In this document: piece after piece, positions 58,101 through 64,000 of the stretch
Numbering within the stretch: position 1 is the stretch's first letter
Layout of the letters: every line of letters begins with the position of its first letter
Source of the DNA: Macrostomum lignano
Lineage: Eukaryota
Direction: 5' to 3'
Assembly (NCBI GenBank): GCA_002269645.1
Contig: NIVC01003456.1
Location: 32,801-96,800 of the forward strand
Length of the DNA: 64,000 nucleotides
Made by a program: the position numbers and the translations under genes
Notes under the pieces: model-generated
Database searches by the model: none
Told to the model about the DNA's origin: nothing
What the model saw: only the letters and a program-made list of their open reading frames with translations

Positions 58101-61100
58101 CTCAGCCCTGGACCCAAAGACCTTCTTCCCGGGCGCCGATAAGAAGGACCAGTCCGCGGCAGTTGTTTCCCTCAACCTGGCCCAGGGAACTGAAGTGAGT
58201 TGGGCTTTTCCCGGCCATCAGTGCTGAGCCAGAACCCAAAATGTCTCCTGGAAATCTGATTCATTTCATTATGGTAATTGATTTTAGGTGGTGAAGCCAA
58301 GCAACGCCTCAAAGGTGTCGCTAACGCTATCGCTGCCCAACCAGAACCAGGAGACCACCGAGAACCTGCTGCAGCCGGTGGCCATGAAGCGTGGCAAGCG
58401 GATGGTGCAGAAGTTCACGTTCGAGGCGGCGAACACTGCCATCAAGGTATGAGCAGCCTCACTGCATTGTCTGAAAAATCGTGCTGTGAGACAGTGCGCA
58501 GAAACGTTAGCTGAGCTCCGATGAAGAAATGAAGAAAAACCGAAAGCTCAGAGAAAAGCCGGGATGCATTAGCGGGACCTTTCAATGAATTTGCCGCCCC
58601 GCCCCTCAGGCGTCACTGGAGCTGCCATCTTCGGACTCCTACCTGATGATGTTCCGAGGCGGCGTCCCGGCCAACTTCAGCAAGCAGGCGAACTTTACGG
58701 CTTGGGTGCACTCAAACGAAACCATGAAGATCGAGACGGACGGCAGCCTGGAGGTCCGGCTGAAGTTCGACACCGCCTTGGCGGCTGCTCGGCGGCGACG
58801 GCGACGCGAGACAGCCTCGCCGGAGAAGCCGCTGACGCTGAGCGTGTTCATCCCCGGTGGCCAGATGGCGGCGGGCAGCGCCGTTTTCATGTCGCTGGAG
58901 CTCGTGGACAACGGGACGGCAGCGGCAGCGTCCGGCAGCAACGTGACGACGGAGTCGGCCAACATGAGCCTGACGGTGGGGGTAGCGTCCATTACGCCGA
59001 GGGCGTGGAGCGACCTGCTGGGAGGCTGGGTTGACACGGACGCAGAGGTGGCGGAGGAGTCCAGCATCGAAAAGATGGTGTTCAAGAGCAACTTCCTCGG
59101 CTCGTACTCGGGCAAGATGTTCATCGCGCCCAACACCATCAATTTTGCCACCGTTTTCAACAACTTCGCGGGCAAGCTGGCTGAGAACTTTGTCACGCTG
59201 TTGGTGCTGTGTCTCATAATAGGCATCTACGTGGTCGTCTCCGTCTGGATGTGGCGACTGGACCGACAGGAGGCTGCCAATGTAAGTGCCAGCAGGCTGG
59301 GACTACGGCAAATTTGGATTACTTGCCACTGGGTCTCCGCATGTATAGGCCTTATTAGGCAGTGTAGGTGTTACGTTGAACATGTGGTACAGTCACACAG
59401 TATAAATTCCCTTAAGCTGTGCACAAAAGCTGCCTGAGCAATAATAAAGATCTAAGGGTGATTTGGATTGCCAGAGTGAGCTAAGGGGACAGTGGCTAAG
59501 TGAAATTAGCCACTAAATTAACATATTTATTTGAGAGTTAACGCAAGCGCTAGTTCCTCTGAGATGGAAGAGTTTTGTTTTTACTGCAAGATTTATACTT
59601 TTTATTTCGAGGCTATGAGCTAAGTAGCCGATCTTTGTACACACTGCATGCTTCAACAAATGGAATGATTGGCACAGCATGCGGTCTCAACCCAATCCAC
59701 TCACTCAGCTGCGGTATGAGCCCCTGGAGGACAACGAGTTCGACAATGACTACACCTTCATCATCAGCGTGTACACCGGGGACGAGTCCGGCGCCGACAC
59801 CACCTCGAATGTGTTCATCAACCTTGCGGGCACCTGGGGCTCTTCTGGCAAGCGCCAGCTGTCTGACGGAGTGCGCCAGAACTTCTCCCGCGGCTCCGTC
59901 TGCAACTTCGCAATGACCACCAGGGCTCCTCTCGGCGAGTTGCGCGGCCTGAAGGTCTGGCACGACAACAGCGGCAAAAAGCCGGGCTGGTTCCTGGAGA
60001 AGATACTCATCGAGGACCTGCAGACCAAGAAGAAGTGAGTTTCTTCTTGTCTTTCTTCCTATCTAGCTCGTGTTCAGCATGTCCGCCCTTTTGCCGCTTG
60101 GCTGGTTTGTTGCTTTTACAACACTGTGTGGTGGCTTTCAAACTGGATCATCGTTTCAGATGTATCTGTATATGCTCATATTAGTCATGAGTCTCTCCTC
60201 GGAACACTGCGATTCCGGTGGAGGTTCATAGATTCGAGGAATGCACAGGAACCCACTAAATGCCCACAAATTTCACTATTTCAGGAAACTTCACATCTTT
60301 AAAATGCTGGCCTATTTTCATAACCCTTAATTCTGGGCATATCAGGGTGTAAAGAAAGCAAAATTAGGGATAGAATTAGGGATAGAAGGTGGAAATTTTA
60401 TTTGAATAGTACAAAGCCTAGCGATTTTTGCGCCTTCCACTAAATTCATTGCTAAGTCTACGACAATGCGACAATTTAGCCAATTTAGCACAAGACGTTC
60501 AATGTGCTACACAGTCTGAATCTGCAAATTCCTTGCCCAAACTCACCTGCAGCTATGTCTTCATGTGCGATCAGTGGCTGGCTGAAAACAAGTTTGACAG
60601 CCGTACCATGCGGGTGCTGCCCGAGGTGAAGCAGGACCAGCGCTTCCAGGAGATGATGCTGCGGTACAAGGCGGGCGGGGTGGTCAACAAGCACGTGATC
60701 ACGGCGCTGTTCCGCAAGACCGGCCAGTCCAACTACTCCCGGCTGCAGCGCACAGGTGTGGCCAACGCCATGTTCTTCCTCACAATGGTGTGCAATGCCA
60801 TGTGGTACGGCAAGGGAGACGACCTGGATGCCGAGGCTAACTTCAGCATCGACCTCGGCCCGATTTCGGTCACCTGGTTCCAGCTGTACTCTGGCATTCT
60901 CTCCATGGCCATCACCTACCCCTGCATCTTCGCGGCGGCTGAAATCTTCCGCCGAACAAAGAAATGGCAGCGTCGCTGGAGCGAGGACGATGTGGAGAGC
61001 AAGAAGAAGGAAATTCGGCTGCCCAAGGGCTTCCTGGTCATCGGCTGGGGCCTCCTGCTCCTGGGCGTAGGGCTGAGTTTCTTCTTCACCTTCCTTTACA

Positions 61101-63700
61101 GCATCGAATGGGGCAAGGAAAAGGCCAACGGCTGGCTCAAGAGCTTCTTCCTGGGAATCCTGCAGTTGGTGGTGGTCACAGATCCCATCTGCCTGCTTAT
61201 CGTGTTCGTCGTGGCCAAGAAGATCTTCGGCCAGAAAGAGTCGGAGGAAAACGTCTTCGAGCTGGATGATCTCATTAATGATGATCTCAAGCAGGTGAGG
61301 AGCCGAAACGATATGTTAATTGGTGGTAGTTATAATAATTTAGTTCCGTATCTCTCTTGTAGCTATCTTTGAAAAGCTACAGCAATAAATGCTATTTTGA
61401 TGTATCTTCCTTCATGCGGCATTTGTCTGTCCTCGCTCCGATCACAACAGTTGCTGCCATCTAAATGGTGCTTCCACAACTCATGCCACACCTTACACAC
61501 TTTCAGGTCCTGGATGGCACTGAATACGCTCCCCCGGACCCGACTCGGATGGAGGAAATCCGAGCTGAGCGCCGAAACAACCAGAAGATGTCGCAGACAT
61601 TCACGGACGTGATGTCCTATGTGGTGTACATGTTCCTCCTCGTCGCTCTGGCTTACGACTCACGTGACCAGGTCAGCTTCCGCCAGAACCAAAACTTAAA
61701 AGACCAATTCCTCACGGCCGCGCCAACCCGGTTCAATGACTTTAAGCACGTTTTCGACTGGCTGAATGGCAGCATCGTGCCCAGACTGTACCGAACCACC
61801 GAATACAACGGCGAACCACTCACTGGAGACCTCAAAGATGCGATCGACACGTGTGACTGCATCAAGCAGGGACCATTCAGGCTGAGGCAGCTGAGGGTCA
61901 ATCCACGTGAGTCTAGGCTTTCCTAGTTGAAAATATTTGGGACTTATAGGATCCACTGCTTCTGGGGTTGCCACTGGATGGATTTAGCAGGTGGCTGCAG
62001 CAACCAGCCCTATCTCCCACAGGCAAGTGCCCGGTAACGTGGCCGTTCAAGGCGTACCCCCAGAAATCGTGGATCTGCTCATCGGACTTCTCTCCCCAAG
62101 CGGCGGACCAGGCGGTTTACCGTCCGCTGTGGCTGCCCGACAGCAACGGCTGGGTGCGGAATGCGTCATTGCAAATGCGGGCAAAGTCGCAGATCAAGCG
62201 AATGCGGCCGGATGAAATCGTTCTACAAGCCTTTTGGTACCGTAGCGCTGACTCCATGATGAGCTTCCCGTTCGAGGGCGCCTTCACAACCTACCCGGGT
62301 GATGGCTATGCAGCCACGCTCGGGCTCAACAGTGCTGAGGCCATGTGAGTCCCAAACTCAAACGCTCACGCTGCTGAACGCTGTAGTTTTGTGAAAAGTG
62401 GCGGTGTGAAAAAACTTGCAAAAAGAAGCATATTCTCCCTGGTTTGAAGCGAAATGCATACAAACGCCTTAAAACTTTTTTCGTTTTTTTCCTATCGTGG
62501 ACCCACAGGTGGATCATCAACCGGCTGCGGGCACCAACTGGTTGGACGAGAAGACTCGAGCCATGTTCCTGGAGGCACGGTGTACAACGCCAACACCAAC
62601 CTGTTCACCACCATACAGATCCTGTTGGAGTTCCGGCCGCAGGCGGAATTCTCACCTACAAGAACGGAGTCCGCACCTACCGCCTGTACAACTACACCGG
62701 CGGCAAAGGCATCATCCTCATGGCCATGCAGGGCCTGTTCGCCCTCATCTGCCTGTACCAGATCTATCGGGAGACGCGCAGCCTTCTCACGCTACGACTC
62801 AAGTACTTCGATGACCTGTGGAACAAGATCGAGTTCGTTAACATCCTGCTGCTGCATCACAATCATGATCACGTACGGCATCCGCATCAAAATCACCATC
62901 GACTCCATCGAGCTGATGATGAACAATAGGGTGAGGGCGGTGCTCGATTTAGTGAATTTGTTGTGAATTCTATTCCTGGCTGCGTGGCGTTTAAAATTTT
63001 TGTTTTGCTAGGTGCGGAAAAAACACGCTGTTGTCACAATAACTCAACAGAAGTTCTAAAACAGCACAATTCCATCCCTTCAGCATGCTGTTGTTTCCCT
63101 GCGTCCCTTCAGTCCTCAGTTTAAGTTGTTGCCGTGTTTCATACACTAGTGCTTGGGAAAAAATGCTGGAGAACAACAGACAGCTGTATTAATTCCCTTT
63201 CCCACAGGAATGTACGTGGCTTTCGACAACGTTATTGAGTGGGTAGAGGCAACATGCGTGCCATGGCTCTAAGTGTGTTCCTCACGATCTTCGGGTGCTG
63301 AAGTTCTTGGGCTTCAACAAGCACATCGCCATCCTGCTCGCCACCGTGAAGCAGTGCGCCCACCAGTTGTCCTTCGTTCGGCGTCGCCTTCGTGCTGATC
63401 ATGGCGGCCTTCCTGTCGGCTGGCACGATCCTGTTCTCGTTCACCGAGGCCAGCTTTGCCTCCGTGCTGTCCAGCTGCCGTTCGCTCTTCACACCGCACT
63501 CGGCATTCAGGGTTACACGCAGATCTTCGTCAACAGCCAGGGCACGACTGCCAGCCTCATCTTTTTTGGCGGCTGGTCTTGCCTGGCGGTTTTTTTCTGG
63601 TGTCAGTCTTCGTGTCCATCCTCACAGACACCTACAGCGTCGTGGTCAGCGACGGCCTCTATAGCTACGATGAGGAGTTTGTCAACCACATGGGAGCAAG
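46188..63700 (+). CDS. PKD1L: Polycystin-1-like protein (SP-PLAT-13xTSP1-GAIN/GPS-like-TM-PLAT-PKD channel), 3' incomplete
   Basis: Signal exon 46188-46266; PLAT-like exons 47166-47316, 47584-47680, 47962-48043; TSP1 exons starting at 48551, 51141, 51612, 53370, 53661, 54009, 54878 (x2), 55415, 56106, 56704, 57000, 57276; GAIN-like exons 57681-59281; TM1; PLAT 59709-60034 ([16 protein letters not shown]); TM exon 60553-61294; TOP/channel exons 61507-63700 ([21 protein letters not shown]). Several 1-nt deletions are present. Confidence 0.92.
46391..46845. repeat. 38/41-bp minisatellite (~11 copies), polycystin intron 1
   Basis: Unit AACTCTCGAACTAAGTGCCAGAGTCTTGAACTAGCTCT. Confidence 0.95.
46846..47140 (+). 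pseudogene. Decayed mariner transposase fragment in polycystin intron 1
   Basis: [15 protein letters not shown] ~ mariner SKVKVMLIVFFDxxG; [16 protein letters not shown] ~ NITVLEQPPYSPDLAPCDFFLFPKLK. Confidence 0.7.
47298..47545 (+). repeat. 62-65-bp repeat x4 containing an exon end and 5' splice site
   Basis: CCGGGAAA|GTGAG at 47317, 47379, 47443 and 47507. Confidence 0.9.
48063..48300. repeat. 55-bp intronic minisatellite (~4.3 copies)
   Basis: Unit TGCTCCATGCTATGACATTCCCATGACCCATGTGAGCACTGACACTGTGCTGTCC; a partial extra copy lies near 48475-48540. Confidence 0.92.
48760..50925. repeat. 20-bp minisatellite (~105 copies, ~2.2 kb) in a polycystin intron
   Basis: Unit GCTGG(G/A)CATGCAACTG(G/T)(G/A)TA; it is the source of the spurious 670-830 aa minus-strand ORFs. 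Confidence 0.98.
52194..52893. repeat. 71-bp intronic minisatellite (~10 copies)
   Basis: Unit CCATGAGCTGCTGGCCCTCAATGTGGACTGCAGCTTCAGTAGCTCTGGCACAAATCCTCACGCAATTCTGT. Confidence 0.96.
54177..54644. repeat. 44-bp donor-containing minisatellite (~9 copies) followed by ~1.7 inverted copies
   Basis: Unit GA|GTGAGTGACAGCCGCTGCTCTCCCTGCCAGCCCCACCTGCCC; reverse-complement copies at ~54572-54644. Confidence 0.93.
56248..56390 (+). repeat. 52-bp repeat x~3 containing a TSP1 exon end and donor
   Basis: CACCGCCTGCGACATCCCCG.CTGCCCCG|GTGAGG starting at 56248, 56300 and 56352. Confidence 0.9.
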
Positions 63701-64000
63701 TGAGCAAAGTGGTCAAGTGCACCTACTCCCGAATGTGTTAAGTGTAGTTGGTAGGAACTGGTCTTCGAAGAGTTTTGGAGCACATGGAATGTTGTATGCT
63801 GGTGGTGTTCATGGATTAGTCCGGTCCATGTTAGTGTGCTATGCACTGGTCTGGCGTATTTGCGTGCCAATCTGTTGGGCTTTAACTACATACTTGCAGC
63901 ATGGTGTCGCTAGGCTAACCAGCCTTGATCATTCATTTACCTCATATTGGAATCCAAAATGCACTATGCTGCAAATCATGCTTTCGAAACTACAGATTCA

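Overview
This is a eukaryotic (metazoan) genomic window with GT-AG introns, GC-rich exons and introns full of minisatellites. That style fits a Macrostomum-type flatworm (inference only). I reconstructed six host genes by hand: LARP1 (-), a SAXO/FAM154-type axonemal protein (-) with two upstream RFX X-boxes, a divergent Wee1/Myt1-family kinase (-), AMPK alpha (+), a signal-peptide JmjC/cupin protein (-), and a large polycystin-1-like gene (+) that runs off the window end. The polycystin reads signal peptide, extracellular PLAT, 13 TSP1, GAIN with a cysteine-less GPS, TM1, PLAT, then channel region. Mobile DNA includes a Penelope-like remnant with a minimal hammerhead ribozyme, an apparently intact intron-containing hAT element inside the JmjC gene, a 2.3-kb foldback element, four MITEs with TSDs, and decayed Tc1 and mariner fragments. 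The most unusual signals are (i) minisatellites that copy exon ends together with their 5' splice sites, including 14 in-frame donors in AMPK, (ii) the polycystin architecture and its degenerate GPS next to an R6 site, and (iii) the altered catalytic loop of the Wee1-like kinase. Several single-base deletions in polycystin exons look like assembly errors. Coordinates were counted by eye and may be off by a few bases.
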